The notes under the pieces are model-generated. The model ran no database searches and was not told the DNA's origin. It saw only the letters and a list, made by a program, of their open reading frames with translations. 41,916 bases of DNA from Occultella glacieicola (GTDB lineage: Bacteria; Actinomycetota; Actinomycetes; Actinomycetales; Beutenbergiaceae): positions 1 through 41,916 of the forward strand of contig NZ_SMNA01000019.1 in assembly GCF_004353825.1 (NCBI RefSeq), given 5' to 3'. Each line of letters begins with the position of its first letter. The stretch's first letter is position 1. Below are positions 22,409 to 32,478 of this stretch, piece by piece. Position numbers and translations under genes: made by a program.

Positions 22409-23380
22409 ATGTCTGCATCGCGTTCGGGTGCCGGTGCGGTGCGGCCGCACCGGATCGCCGAGCGCCCCGGTGACGGGGCGATGCTCGACGCGTTCGACGC
22501 GCACCTGCGCGCTCAGCGCGGTCTGTCCGACCACACGGCCCGGGCCTACCGGGGTGACGTGCGCACGCTGCTCGACGTGCTGCCGACCGGCGACGCGGAC
22601 GGGCCGACCGTTCTCGCCGAGCTCGACCTGACCGCGTTGCGATCCTGGCTGGCCGGCCAGTCGGGGCGGGGCCTGTCCCGCTCGACCCTGGCCCGGCGTG
22701 CCGCGGCCGCGCGCACGTTCACCGCGTGGGCGACGCGCACCGGCCGGATGGCCCAGGATCCGGCGCTGCGACTGCTGGCGCCACGCCCGGACTCCGTGGT
22801 CCCCGGGGTCCTGGCCGTGGACGAGGCCGACACGCTGCTGGCCGTGGCCAGGACCCGGGCCGACGACGGTGAACCCGGCCACGTCCGCGACTGGGCCGCC
22901 CTCGAGCTCCTCTACGCCTCCGGAGTGCGGGTGTCCGAGCTGGTCGGCCTGGACCTTGCCGACGTCGACCACGCCCAGCGGCTGGTGCGGGTGCTCGGCA
23001 AGGGCAACAAGGAGCGGATGGTGCCCTTCGGGGTGCCGGCAGGCCGCGCGCTCGCGCAGTGGGTCGGGGCCCGGGCGGGCCTCGTGGACCCGGCGGCGGC
23101 GGCGACGAACGCCCTGTTCCTCGGGGACCGGGGCCGGCGCCTCGGCACCAGGCAGGTCCGCGGCACCGTCCACGCGCTCGCGGCGGCGGCCGGCGTCCGC
23201 GACCTCGCCCCCCATGGGGTCCGGCACTCGACGGCGACCCACCTGCTCGAGGGCGGTTCCGACCTCCGTTCGGTCCAGGAGGTCCTCGGGCACGCATCGC
23301 TGGCGACGACCCAGCGCTACACCCACATCTCGGCCGAGCGGTTGCGGGCCTCGTTCCAGCAGGCCCACCCGCGCGCCTGA
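22409..23380 (+). CDS. xerC: Tyrosine recombinase XerC
   Basis: LYASGVRVSEL, GKGNKER, HGVRH and LGHASLATTQRYTH; canonical position after dprA; alternative start at 22481. Confidence 0.93.
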   Translation: MSASRSGAGAVRPHRIAERPGDGAMLDAFDAHLRAQRGLSDHTARAYRGDVRTLLDVLPTGDADGPTVLAELDLTALRSWLAGQSGRGLSRSTLARRAAAARTFTAWATRTGRMAQDPALRLLAPRPDSVVPGVLAVDEADTLLAVARTRADDGEPGHVRDWAALELLYASGVRVSELVGLDLADVDHAQRLVRVLGKGNKERMVPFGVPAGRALAQWVGARAGLVDPAAAATNALFLGDRGRRLGTRQVRGTVHALAAAAGVRDLAPHGVRHSTATHLLEGGSDLRSVQEVLGHASLATTQRYTHISAERLRASFQQAHPRA

Positions 23381-23439
23381 GGGGTACCGGCCCGTTGATC
23401 CGCGTTGCCCGCGCAAGGACTCCGACTAGCCTGGGTGAC

Positions 23440-24237
23440 ATGGCATCGGAGCCGGACTCTCCTCCTTCCGCAGCGGAACTGGCCGACGGTCACGAACACG
23501 CGCTCGCGCTCATCTCGGCGCCGTTCGTCGCGGCCCTGATCGACGCCGCGCGGATCCCCGTCGGCGGCTCGGTCATCGACCTGGTCTGTGCCACCGGAGT
23601 CGCGACCCGGGCCGCGGCCGAGGCGGCCGGACCGATGGGACGGGTGGCCGGAGTGGACACCGACGCCGGGCTGCTCGACGTCGCCGCGGACCACCGGGCC
23701 GGACTCGTGATCGAGTGGGTGCAGGCGGACCCCGAGGCGCTGCCGTTCCCGAGCGGAACCTTCGACCGGGTGATCAGTCAGCAGGGCCTGCAGCGGATCC
23801 CTGACCTGCGGGTGGCCGTCGAGGAGGCCTGCCGCGTGCTTAGGGTGGACGGCGGGTTCGCGGGCACGGTGTGGCTGCCGCTGGACCACAACCCGTTCTT
23901 CGCCGCCGAGGCCACCGCCATAGCGGCACTCGCCGGGAGGGACGCCCTGGTCGGCGTCGAGGAACTCCCGGACCGGATCGCGTTGGTCGCTCACGAGTTG
24001 CGCGCCGGCGGACTGGTGGAGATCACCACGTCGGAGGTGGCCACCACGGTCGAGGTGCCGGCGGACGAGCACTTCATCGCCGAGCACCTGGCCACCTCGT
24101 TCTGGGCCAGGGACCTCGACCAGGCCGGCCGGGCACGGGCCGCGAGGGCGGTGCTGGCGGACCTCGCCGGGTACCGGACGGGCTCCGGGACGATGACGCT
24201 GCCGTTCGCGTCCGCGGTGGTCCACGCATTCCCCTGA
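23440..24237 (+). CDS. Class I SAM-dependent methyltransferase (UbiE-like fold)
   Basis: VIDLVCATG motif I variant, GVD, LPFPSGTFD and RVLRVDG; TAGCCT 7 nt upstream suggests a leaderless start. Confidence 0.8.
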   Translation: MASEPDSPPSAAELADGHEHALALISAPFVAALIDAARIPVGGSVIDLVCATGVATRAAAEAAGPMGRVAGVDTDAGLLDVAADHRAGLVIEWVQADPEALPFPSGTFDRVISQQGLQRIPDLRVAVEEACRVLRVDGGFAGTVWLPLDHNPFFAAEATAIAALAGRDALVGVEELPDRIALVAHELRAGGLVEITTSEVATTVEVPADEHFIAEHLATSFWARDLDQAGRARAARAVLADLAGYRTGSGTMTLPFASAVVHAFP

Positions 24238-24859
24238 GCCGCGCCGGCGGCGCCGTGGCCGCAGCGACCGGGTAGAGCCGGATCACCGGGTCCGCCACCA
24301 ACAGTGTCAACGGGTCCAGGTAGCGTTGTGGTGCGGTCCGGGCACCCCAGTGCAGGCACCAGGTCGCCGGGCCGCAGTGCGGTCCGGCGTCACCGGCGGA
24401 CAGCCGGCCGACGACGTCGCCACGCGTCACGACGGCGCCGACGGTCAGGGTCGTCGTCACCGGCTCATACGTGGTGCGGACCCCGTCGGGGTGGTCGATC
24501 GAGACCACGTCCCGGTCCACCACCCGGCCGGCGAAGGCGATCACCCCGTCCGCCGCGGCCAGGACGTCCTGGCCGGGCAGGCCGGCAAGGTCGACGCCGC
24601 GGTGACCGGGCGACCAGACCTGCTCGGGTTCGCTGAACGGGCGCAGCACCGCGGGCTCGGGTGCCAGGGGCCAGTCATAGGCCCCGACGGCGGCCCTGGC
24701 CGGGTCCGGATCCCCGACGGGGGACGCCCCGCCCGGCCCGGCGTCGCCGAGCGGCGCCGGGGCCGGTTGGGGCGACGGTCCCAGCGGCGCGAGGACGGCC
24801 AGCCCGGCGGCCAGCGTGAGCGCGACGACGCCGAGGACCGGCGCGTGGGTGTTCGTCAT
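24074..24859 (-). CDS. Secreted M23 family metallopeptidase
   Basis: Signal peptide, HRGVDL (HxxxD), TTYEPV, CLHWG and YLDPL; 3' end overlaps the convergent methyltransferase gene. Confidence 0.88.
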   Translation of the reverse strand: MTNTHAPVLGVVALTLAAGLAVLAPLGPSPQPAPAPLGDAGPGGASPVGDPDPARAAVGAYDWPLAPEPAVLRPFSEPEQVWSPGHRGVDLAGLPGQDVLAAADGVIAFAGRVVDRDVVSIDHPDGVRTTYEPVTTTLTVGAVVTRGDVVGRLSAGDAGPHCGPATWCLHWGARTAPQRYLDPLTLLVADPVIRLYPVAAATAPPARLRGMRGPPRTRTAASSSRSPSGTRRGPPAPPSRPVPGRPGRGPWPRTRWPGARR

Positions 24860-25010
24860 CCACCCAGCACACCTGCCGGGGACGGCTCACACCCGCGGGG
24901 CGCGGCGCTCTGGGGACGGCCGTGCCCTCCGCGCACCCCTGTGGGTGCCGTGCCTTCGGGCGCTCCGGGCCGGCGCGGGGGCCGTGCTCCGGCCCGGTCC
25001 GTGGATCCGG

Positions 25011-25250
25011 TAGACTCGCACCCGCAGGTGGTACGTCCTCCGGGACCGCCGCCTGACATCGCGCGCTCACAGACCACTCCCAGCGAGTGGGGTCGTGCGG
25101 CAGGGTCCGGATCGGATGATCCGGTGCCGAACGGCCGTGAGCACCAGGAATGAGCACCGCCCGGTGACTCATGAGACAACCGAGTTGTGCCCGGCCCATG
25201 TGCCGCGGCACGTGATGTGTGGGGTCCGCCCCACGTCGAAAGGACGAGCC
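25011..25250 (+). promoter_or_regulatory. rpsB promoter and long 5' leader (possible S2 autoregulatory RNA)
   Basis: TAGACT -10 at 25011-25016 lies ~235 nt before the rpsB ATG; long rpsB-tsf leaders are autoregulatory in other bacteria. Confidence 0.45.
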
Positions 25251-26264
25251 ATGGCCGTCGTCAGCATGCGTCAGCTCCTCGAGAGCGGTGTCCACTTCGG
25301 GCACCAGACCCGCCGTTGGAACCCGAAGATGAAGCGCTTCATCTTCACCGAGCGCAACGGCATCTACATCATCGACCTCCAGCAGTCGCTGCTGGACATC
25401 GACCGCGCGTACGAGTTCGTCAAGGAGACGGTCGCCCGCGGCGGCAGCATCCTCTTCGTCGGCACCAAGAAGCAGGCGCAGGAAGCGGTGGCCGAGCAGG
25501 CCACCCGCGTGGGCATGCCCTTCGTGAACCAGCGCTGGCTCGGCGGCATGCTGACCAACTTCGGCACCGTGAGCAAGCGCCTGCAGCGCCTCAAGGAGCT
25601 CGAGGAGGTCGACTTCGACGACGTCGCCTCGAGCGCCTTCACCAAGAAGGAGCTGCTCATGCAGCGCCGCGAGCGGGACAAGCTCTCCCGCACCCTGGGC
25701 GGCATCCGCGACATGGCCAAGGTGCCCTCCGCCGTCTGGGTCGTGGACACGAAGAAGGAGCACCTCGCCGTCGCCGAGGCGCGCAAGCTCAACATCCCCG
25801 TGGTGGCCATCCTGGACACCAACTGCGACCCGGACGAGGTCGACTTCCCGATCCCGGGCAACGACGACGCGATCCGCGCCGTGAGCCTGCTGACCCGGGT
25901 GGTGGCCGACGCCGTCGCCGCTGGCCTGGTTGCCCGACACGGTGGCGGCAGCGACGCGGCGGCGACCGAGGCCGAGCCGCTCGCCGAGTGGGAGCGCGAG
26001 CTGCTCGCCACCCACGAGGCGCAGCAGGGTTCCGAGGCCAGCGCCGAGGGCACGGCCGCCGAGGCGACCGCTGCCGAGGAGGCTGCGCCGGCCGCGCCGG
26101 AGGCCGTCGCCGAGGCGGCGGACGCCGCCGACGTGACCCCCGCCGTCGAGGTCCCCGCGGCCGCCGAGGAGGCCCCCGCTGCCGAGGAGGCCCCCGCCGC
26201 CGAGGCGACCGCTGCCGAGGAGGCCCCCGCGGCCGCCGAGGAGACGGACGCCGAGCAGGCCTGA
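25251..26264 (+). CDS. rpsB: 30S ribosomal protein S2 with long acidic tail
   Basis: [31 protein letters not shown] and PGNDDAIR. Confidence 0.99.
   Translation: MAVVSMRQLLESGVHFGHQTRRWNPKMKRFIFTERNGIYIIDLQQSLLDIDRAYEFVKETVARGGSILFVGTKKQAQEAVAEQATRVGMPFVNQRWLGGMLTNFGTVSKRLQRLKELEEVDFDDVASSAFTKKELLMQRRERDKLSRTLGGIRDMAKVPSAVWVVDTKKEHLAVAEARKLNIPVVAILDTNCDPDEVDFPIPGNDDAIRAVSLLTRVVADAVAAGLVARHGGGSDAAATEAEPLAEWERELLATHEAQQGSEASAEGTAAEATAAEEAAPAAPEAVAEAADAADVTPAVEVPAAAEEAPAAEEAPAAEATAAEEAPAAAEETDAEQA
26055..26224 (+). repeat. Coding direct repeats in the S2 tail ([10 protein letters not shown] and AAEEAP units)
   Basis: 29-nt GCCGCCGAGGCGACCGCTGCCGAGGAGGC at 26055-26083 and 26196-26224, plus 18-nt AAEEAP units. 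Confidence 0.8.
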
Positions 26265-26306
26265 CGAACAGTCCCTACGAGACCAAGGATCTGGGAAGGA
26301 TCACAC

Positions 26307-27152
26307 ATGGCGAACTACACCGCTGCCGACATCAGGGCCCTGCGTGAGCGCACGGGCGCCGGCATGCTCGACGTCAAGAAGGCTCTCGACGAGGCCGACG
26401 GCGACGCCGAGAAGGCGATCGAGATCATTCGGGTCAAGGGCCTCAAGGGCGTGAGCAAGCGCGAGGGTCGGTCCGCCTCGGACGGCCTCGTCGCAGCGTC
26501 GATCAACCCGACGCCCGACGGCGAGGGCCAGGTCGGCGTGCTGGTCGAGGTCAACTCCGAGACCGACTTCGTGGCGAAGAACCAGGTCTTCATCTCGCTC
26601 GCGGACCGGGTGGTCGCCGCTGCGGTGGCCTCCGGCGCCGCGGACGCGGACGCCCTGCTGGCCGCCGAGAGCGATGGCGTGTCCGTCTCGTCGGTGGTCG
26701 ACGAGACCGCCGCCACCCTGGGCGAGAAGATCGTGGTTCGCCGCGTGGCCCGGGTGGCCGGCGAGCACGTCGCCTCCTACCTGCACCGCACCGCCAAGGA
26801 CCTTCCGCCACAGGTGGGTGTCCTGGTGTCCTCCGACGCTGCCGGTGCCGAGGTCGCACACGACGTGGCACTGCACATCGCGGCGTACTCCCCGCAGTAC
26901 CTCAGCCGCGACGAGGTGCCTGCGGACAAGGTGGCCGACGAGCGTCGGATCGCCGAGGAGACCGCTCGCAACGAGGGCAAGCCGGAGCAGGCGCTCCCGA
27001 AGATCATCGAGGGGCGTCTGAACGGCTTCTTCAAGGAGGTCGCCCTCCTGGATCAGGCCTTCGCGAAGGACCCGAAGAAGACGGTCGGCCAGGTCGTCAC
27101 CGAGGCCGGTGGCACGATCACCGGTTTCGCGCGGTTCCGCGTCGGCGCCTGA
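26307..27152 (+). CDS. tsf: Elongation factor Ts
   Basis: LRERTGAGMLDVKKAL and EVNSETDFVAKN. Confidence 0.99.
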   Translation: MANYTAADIRALRERTGAGMLDVKKALDEADGDAEKAIEIIRVKGLKGVSKREGRSASDGLVAASINPTPDGEGQVGVLVEVNSETDFVAKNQVFISLADRVVAAAVASGAADADALLAAESDGVSVSSVVDETAATLGEKIVVRRVARVAGEHVASYLHRTAKDLPPQVGVLVSSDAAGAEVAHDVALHIAAYSPQYLSRDEVPADKVADERRIAEETARNEGKPEQALPKIIEGRLNGFFKEVALLDQAFAKDPKKTVGQVVTEAGGTITGFARFRVGA

Positions 27153-27164
27153 GTAGCACGCACT

Positions 27165-27207
27165 CGGCGGTGGCCCCGGTCCTGATCCAGGGCCGGGGCC
27201 ACCGCTG
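27165..27207 (+). terminator. Putative terminator hairpin after rpsB-tsf
   Basis: 20-bp stem (two G-U pairs) CGGCGGTGGCCCCGGTCCTG-atc-CAGGGCCGGGGCCACCGCTG. Confidence 0.65.
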
Positions 27208-27263
27208 TCATACGCTCACCCCAGCACGTCCCCGCAGCGTTCTCACCCAGGAGGATCACGCCG

Positions 27264-28028
27264 ATGTCTGCGCTCACCACCCCGGCCCCGACCAGGCGTC
27301 GGGTCCTGCTCAAACTCTCCGGCGAGGTGTTCGGCGGTGGCAGCGTGGGGCTCGACCCCGATGTGGTCGCCTCGATCGCACGTGAGATCGCCGAGGCCGT
27401 GCACGAGGGCGTGCAGGTCGCCATCGTGGTCGGCGGCGGCAATTTCTTCCGAGGCGCCGAACTGTCCCAGCGGGGCATCGACCGGGCCCGGGCCGACTAC
27501 ATGGGCATGCTCGGCACCGTGATGAACTGCCTGGCTCTGCAGGACTTCCTCGAGAAGGCCGACGTCACCACCCGCGTGCAGACCGCGATCACCATGGGAC
27601 AGGTCGCCGAACCCTACATCCCGTTGCGAGCGATCCGGCACCTCGAGAAGGGCCGGGCCGTGATCTTCGGCGCCGGCGCCGGGATGCCCTATTTCTCCAC
27701 GGACACGGTCGCGATCCAGCGCGCCCTCGAGACCCACTGCGAGGAGGTCCTCGTCGGCAAGAACGGCGTTGACGGCGTCTACACCGCGGACCCCCGGGTC
27801 GACTCCACGGCCACCAAGCTCGACTTCCTCACCTTCGACGACGCGATCCAGAAGGATCTGCGGGTGGTCGACTCCACCGCCCTGGCGATGTGCCGCGACA
27901 ACCAGCTGGCCATGCGCATCTTCGGGATGGAAGGGCCCGGTAACGTGGCCGCAGCCCTTCGGGGTGAGAGGATCGGCACATCAATGACGTCCGGTGCAAC
28001 AACCGACCAGAGCAAGGAGCAAGCGTGA
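27264..28028 (+). CDS. pyrH: UMP kinase
   Basis: [23 protein letters not shown] and PYFSTD. Confidence 0.98.
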   Translation: MSALTTPAPTRRRVLLKLSGEVFGGGSVGLDPDVVASIAREIAEAVHEGVQVAIVVGGGNFFRGAELSQRGIDRARADYMGMLGTVMNCLALQDFLEKADVTTRVQTAITMGQVAEPYIPLRAIRHLEKGRAVIFGAGAGMPYFSTDTVAIQRALETHCEEVLVGKNGVDGVYTADPRVDSTATKLDFLTFDDAIQKDLRVVDSTALAMCRDNQLAMRIFGMEGPGNVAAALRGERIGTSMTSGATTDQSKEQA

Positions 28029-28582
28029 TCGACGAGACCCTCTTCGAGGCCGAGGAGAAGATGGACAAGGCCGTCGAGGTGGCGCGTGAGGACTTCGGCA
28101 ACATCCGCACGGGTCGCGCGAACGCCGGCATGTTCAACAAGCTCGAGGTCGAGTACTACGGCGCCCCGACCCCGCTCCAGCAGCTCGCCTCGATCACGAT
28201 TCCCGAGGCCCGCACGGTGCTGCTCTCGCCCTACGACAAGACCTCGATGGCCGCGATCGAGAAGGCCTTGCGCGAGTCGGACCTGGGCGTCAACCCGGGC
28301 AACGACGGGAACCAGATCCGGATCGTGCTGCCCACCCTGACCGAGGAGCGCCGACGCGACTACGTCAAGCTGGCCAAGGCGAAGGGCGAGGACGCACGCG
28401 TCGCCGTGCGGAACGTGCGCCGGCGCGCCAAGGAGGAACTCGACCGCATCGCCAAGGACGGCGAGGCGGGCGAGGACGAGGTCAACCGAGCCCAGGCCGA
28501 GCTCGACGCGCTCACCAAGAAGCACACCGAGACCGTCGACGCGCTGCTCGCGGGTAAGGAGAAGGAGCTGCTCGAGGTCTGA
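28025..28582 (+). CDS. frr: Ribosome recycling factor
   Basis: 185 aa; [14 protein letters not shown] and LTEERR. Confidence 0.98.
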   Translation: MIDETLFEAEEKMDKAVEVAREDFGNIRTGRANAGMFNKLEVEYYGAPTPLQQLASITIPEARTVLLSPYDKTSMAAIEKALRESDLGVNPGNDGNQIRIVLPTLTEERRRDYVKLAKAKGEDARVAVRNVRRRAKEELDRIAKDGEAGEDEVNRAQAELDALTKKHTETVDALLAGKEKELLEV

Positions 28583-28596
28583 GCGGCTCCCGGGCC

Positions 28597-29802
28597 ATGG
28601 TCGATCCACATCCGTCACCGACCGGGGGCGGCACGCCGTCCACCAGACGGGCCCTGCGCGCCGCGGAACGGGCGGCCCGGCTGGAGGCCGAGCTCAACGG
28701 CACGGCGGACGCCGTCGGGACCGCCGCGGCTCGAGCCGGCTCCCCGGCGGCGTCGGCACCGTCGCCGGCGCCCGCCACGGCACCGGCACCTGCCCCCGGC
28801 CCGTCACCCGGTTCGGCGGCGTCACCTGCAGCGGTGTCGGCGCCCGAGCCCTCGATGACGTCACCGAGCGCCCCGGCGGCCGGCTCCGCGACGCCGTCGG
28901 GCGGTCCGCAGGACCGAGCGATCGCCGATACCGACGCCCACGCCACGCCGGATCCGGGCGAACCCGACGGCACCGACTCCCCGCCCCCGCCCTCGCGCGC
29001 CGGCCGCAACCTGCCGGCGGCGATCGGCGTCGGTCTCGGCCTCGGCGCGATCGTGGTCGCCTCCCTGTTCGTCCGCAAGGAGGCGTTCGTCGTGCTCGCG
29101 GTGATCGCGTGTGCGGCGGGCCTGTGGGAGCTCGAGCGAGCTCTGCGCACCCGGGACATCCGGCTGCCGTACCTGCCGCTGGTCGTGGGCACCGTCGGCA
29201 TGCTGGTGTCGGCGTACCAGGCCGGGATCGAGGCACTGCTGGTCGCGTTCCTGCTCACCGCCGGCGGCGTGTTCATCTGGCGGGTCCTGGATGGCGGCGG
29301 TGTCGACGCCCTGCGCGATGCCACGGCCGGGATCTTCGCGGCTGCCTACATCCCGTTCCTCGCGGGCTTCCTGATGATCATGCTGTCCGCGGACGACGGG
29401 CCGTGGCGGGTCCTGATGTTCATCGCCCTCGTGGTCGCCAACGACACCGGCGGCTACATCGCCGGAGTGCTGTTCGGCAAGCACCCGATGGCCCCCTCGG
29501 TCAGCCCGAAGAAGTCCTGGGAGGGCGCCGCCGGGTCCGTCGTGCTGGCGGCGCTGGTGGGGGTCGGCTTCACGGTCTTCGCCCTTGACGCGCCGTGGTG
29601 GGCGGGTCTCGCACTCGGTGTGGTGGCCGTGGTCGGTGCCACCATGGGCGACCTGTCAGAGTCGATGCTCAAGCGGGACCTCGGCGTCAAGGACATGGGC
29701 AACTTGCTGCCCGGGCACGGCGGCATCCTCGACCGGGTGGACTCGATCCTGATCTGCTCCCCGGTCGTGTTCGCCCTGCTCCTGGTCGTCGCACCCGCCT
29801 GA
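28597..29802 (+). CDS. cdsA: Phosphatidate cytidylyltransferase with long Pro/Ala-rich N-terminus
   Basis: RAGRNLPAAI, NDTGGY, SPKKSWEG, GDLSES and KD..LLPGHGGILDRVDS; start uncertain. Confidence 0.95.
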   Translation: MVDPHPSPTGGGTPSTRRALRAAERAARLEAELNGTADAVGTAAARAGSPAASAPSPAPATAPAPAPGPSPGSAASPAAVSAPEPSMTSPSAPAAGSATPSGGPQDRAIADTDAHATPDPGEPDGTDSPPPPSRAGRNLPAAIGVGLGLGAIVVASLFVRKEAFVVLAVIACAAGLWELERALRTRDIRLPYLPLVVGTVGMLVSAYQAGIEALLVAFLLTAGGVFIWRVLDGGGVDALRDATAGIFAAAYIPFLAGFLMIMLSADDGPWRVLMFIALVVANDTGGYIAGVLFGKHPMAPSVSPKKSWEGAAGSVVLAALVGVGFTVFALDAPWWAGLALGVVAVVGATMGDLSESMLKRDLGVKDMGNLLPGHGGILDRVDSILICSPVVFALLLVVAPA

Positions 29803-29851
29803 CGCGCAGGCGGGTGCGACGACGGACCAGACCCTCAGTAGCGGGCGTGGT

Positions 29852-31135
29852 TCAGCCGGTCACGGAACTGAGTTCGTTCGGGACCACCGGCAGCACGGCA
29901 CTGTCGATCACCGCGGCGCCCTGCAGGTCCACCACGAACACGGTGGACGTGGCCGGTTCGGTGACGTAGGCGAACGAGCCTTCCACCCGCAGCGTCGGGC
30001 GCGGGTCCTGCCATTGCTCGGGCTCGGTCCAGGAGCCGGTCACCGGGATCTCGCTGGTCACCGTGCCCGCCTCGGGATCGATGACCCGCAGCGTCCCGTC
30101 GGTGCCGAGCACCAGGGCCTCGCCGCCGGGCCCGCGGGCGAGCGAGCGGAAGGTGTAGCTGACGCCAAGGTCCACGAGCCGGATCTCGGCCGTCCGGGTG
30201 TCGATCAGGGAGACCCGGGTAGGGCGTTCGAGATCGGCGTCGGGGTCGGACTTGTAGTCGCCGAGCACCACGGGGGAGGCGTCCGAGCCGGCCAGGTTGC
30301 CGATCCGTCCGTATGCGTCCGGAGCCGCAGCGTGCGTGAACTCCGACCCGGTCACGACCAGGGCGCCGTTCTCGCAGCCGAACACGACGGTCTCCTCGGC
30401 GGCCACCGTCTCACCGTGCACGCCGGGGCAGGTCTCGGCGCGCGCGACCTCGTCTCCCTCGGCGTCCAGGAGCACCACGCCCGAGCGGGCCTGCGAGTCG
30501 CCGATGGTGTGCAGGAGGCTGTCGTCGGTGCGCACCACCGCGACCCCGTGATGCGCCTGCGGGGTGCTCGTGGTCGCCAGCACCGGCGCCTGCGCACCGG
30601 CCGCCAGTTCGTGCGGGTCGAGCACGGTGATCTCACCGGTGCCATCGGCGAACAGGACGGTGCGGTCGGCGTGGGTGACGACGTGTCCGGGATGGTCCGC
30701 CGCGATCGCGACGTCGGTGAGGAGCGGGTCGGTCGTGTAGGAGTGCGAGTGGTCGCCGTGCGCCTCGCTGAACGCGCCGGTGTCGAGCAGACGGAACTCC
30801 TCACCCAGGGTCAGGAACAGGTGGCGCCCGTCGCCGGCGGGGTTCACGCGGATGAATCCCTCCGCCGGGAAGTCCGCCAGCACCTCGAGCGACAGGGCGT
30901 CGACGATCAGGACGCCACCGTCGTAGGTGACCGCCAGCCGCGGTGACGGGCCCGCCGCCTCCTCGGTGGGCCGGCCGTCCGCGGGCGCGGCTTCCTCGTT
31001 GTCGTGGTCGTGCCCGTCCTGGGTCGTGGTGCCGCCGGTGACCTCGGGGGTGGCCGTCGGCGCCGCGCAGGCGCCGAGGAGGACGACGGCGGAGGTCAGG
31101 AGGGCGAGTGGGGCCAGTCTTCGTGTTCGTCTCAT
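29852..31135 (-). CDS. aztD: AztD-like zinc metallochaperone lipoprotein (beta-propeller)
   Basis: Lipobox LLGAC; His-rich HDHD and HGDHSH segments, PGHVVTH, HHGVAV and CPGVHGE; Zur-like box upstream. Confidence 0.8.
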   Translation of the reverse strand: MRRTRRLAPLALLTSAVVLLGACAAPTATPEVTGGTTTQDGHDHDNEEAAPADGRPTEEAAGPSPRLAVTYDGGVLIVDALSLEVLADFPAEGFIRVNPAGDGRHLFLTLGEEFRLLDTGAFSEAHGDHSHSYTTDPLLTDVAIAADHPGHVVTHADRTVLFADGTGEITVLDPHELAAGAQAPVLATTSTPQAHHGVAVVRTDDSLLHTIGDSQARSGVVLLDAEGDEVARAETCPGVHGETVAAEETVVFGCENGALVVTGSEFTHAAAPDAYGRIGNLAGSDASPVVLGDYKSDPDADLERPTRVSLIDTRTAEIRLVDLGVSYTFRSLARGPGGEALVLGTDGTLRVIDPEAGTVTSEIPVTGSWTEPEQWQDPRPTLRVEGSFAYVTEPATSTVFVVDLQGAAVIDSAVLPVVPNELSSVTG

Positions 31136-31138
31136 GGC

Positions 31139-31151
31139 GAGAATGATTCTC
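31139..31151. promoter_or_regulatory. Putative Zur box
   Basis: Palindrome GAGAAT-G-ATTCTC 3 nt upstream of the aztD ATG; resembles the actinobacterial Zur/Fur-family GAAAATnATTTTC motif. Confidence 0.72.
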
Positions 31152-31221
31152 ACTCTAGTTAGGCTACGTCAAGTCGGACGGCGGCGCGACGTTGCCGAGC
31201 GTCTGGGAGACTGGGGGCATC

Positions 31222-32379
31222 ATGACCACTCCCGCACAGCCCCAGGTCCTGCCCGGGCATGCCCCGGACGCCGGTGACCGCCCGCGTCTGTCCTTCGCGG
31301 TTCCTCGCCGCGGCAAGCCGCCGAAGCACCTCGCCGACCTCACCCTCGCCGAACGCGCCGCCGTGGTCACCGAGCTCGGGCAACCCGCCTATCGGGCGAA
31401 GCAGATCTCCACCCACTACTTCGGGCATCTCACCCGTGACCCCGAGGAGATGACCGACCTGCCCGCCGGGCTGCGGCAGGACCTCGTGCCCCAGCTCCTA
31501 CCCGACCTGCTCACCGAGGTCCGACGGCTCGAGGCCGACGGGGGAGACACGGTCAAGACGCTCTGGTCCCTGTTCGACGGCGTGAAGGTCGAGTCGGTCC
31601 TGATGGGCTACTCCGACCGGGCCACGCTCTGCGTCTCCAGCCAGGCCGGCTGCGGGATGGCGTGCCCGTTCTGCGCCACCGGCCAACAGGGCCTGACCCG
31701 GAACCTGTCGACCGCCGAGATCATCGAGCAGGTGCGCCGGGCCGCGGTCAGCTGCCGCGACGGGGAACTGCCCGGCGGGCCGCGCCGGCTCACGAACATC
31801 GTGTTCATGGGCATGGGTGAGCCGCTCGCGAACTACCGCACGGTGATCAACGCGGTGCGCCGGATGGTCGATCCCTCGCCGGACGGTCTGGGGATGTCGG
31901 CCCGGCACATCACGGTCTCCACGGTCGGCCTGGTGCCGGCCATGAGGAAGCTCACGGCCGAAGGGATCCCCGTCACGCTGGCGCTGTCCCTGCACGCCCC
32001 GGACGACGAGCTGCGCTCGGAGCTGATCCCGATCAACACGCGGTGGACCGTCGGCGAGGCGCTGGACGCCGCCCGCGAGTACTTCGAGGTGACCGGCCGG
32101 CGGGTCAGCATCGAGTACGCCCTGATCAAGGACATGAACGACCACGCGTGGCGTGCTGACCTGCTCGCCGCCGAACTGCTCAAGCGGGGCAAGGGCTGGG
32201 TGCACGTGAACCCGATCCCGCTGAACCCCACGCCGGGCTCGATCTGGACCGCGTCCGAGAAGGACGTCGAGGACGCGTTCGTGGCACGCCTGCGCTCGGC
32301 GGGTATCCCGACCACGGTGCGGGACACTCGCGGGAGCGACATCGACGGGGCGTGCGGGCAGCTCGCCGCCGAGGTGTGA
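31222..32379 (+). CDS. rlmN: 23S rRNA (adenine2503-C2)-methyltransferase RlmN
   Basis: Radical [23 protein letters not shown] and [12 protein letters not shown]. Confidence 0.97.
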   Translation: MTTPAQPQVLPGHAPDAGDRPRLSFAVPRRGKPPKHLADLTLAERAAVVTELGQPAYRAKQISTHYFGHLTRDPEEMTDLPAGLRQDLVPQLLPDLLTEVRRLEADGGDTVKTLWSLFDGVKVESVLMGYSDRATLCVSSQAGCGMACPFCATGQQGLTRNLSTAEIIEQVRRAAVSCRDGELPGGPRRLTNIVFMGMGEPLANYRTVINAVRRMVDPSPDGLGMSARHITVSTVGLVPAMRKLTAEGIPVTLALSLHAPDDELRSELIPINTRWTVGEALDAAREYFEVTGRRVSIEYALIKDMNDHAWRADLLAAELLKRGKGWVHVNPIPLNPTPGSIWTASEKDVEDAFVARLRSAGIPTTVRDTRGSDIDGACGQLAAEV

Positions 32380-32478
32380 CCGAGCCGGTCCCACCACCGT
32401 CAGCCCGGCCTGCGGGAGGCACCGCGGTCGTACCTCTAGGCTGTGCACGTACGCGCCGGATCGAGGAAGGGATCGCCG

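Noticed and set aside
22409..23380. Tyrosine recombinase as a sign of a prophage or integrative element
   Set aside because: It sits in the canonical dprA-xerC position with no att sites, tRNA or phage genes, so it is the housekeeping XerC
26041..26260. Repeats resembling a CRISPR-like array
   Set aside because: They are in-frame coding repeats within rpsB, with no unique spacers and no cas genes
28597..28990. Pro/Ala-rich N-terminus of CdsA as a separate gene or domain
   Set aside because: Low-complexity extension in the same frame, common in actinobacterial CdsA; only the start position is uncertain
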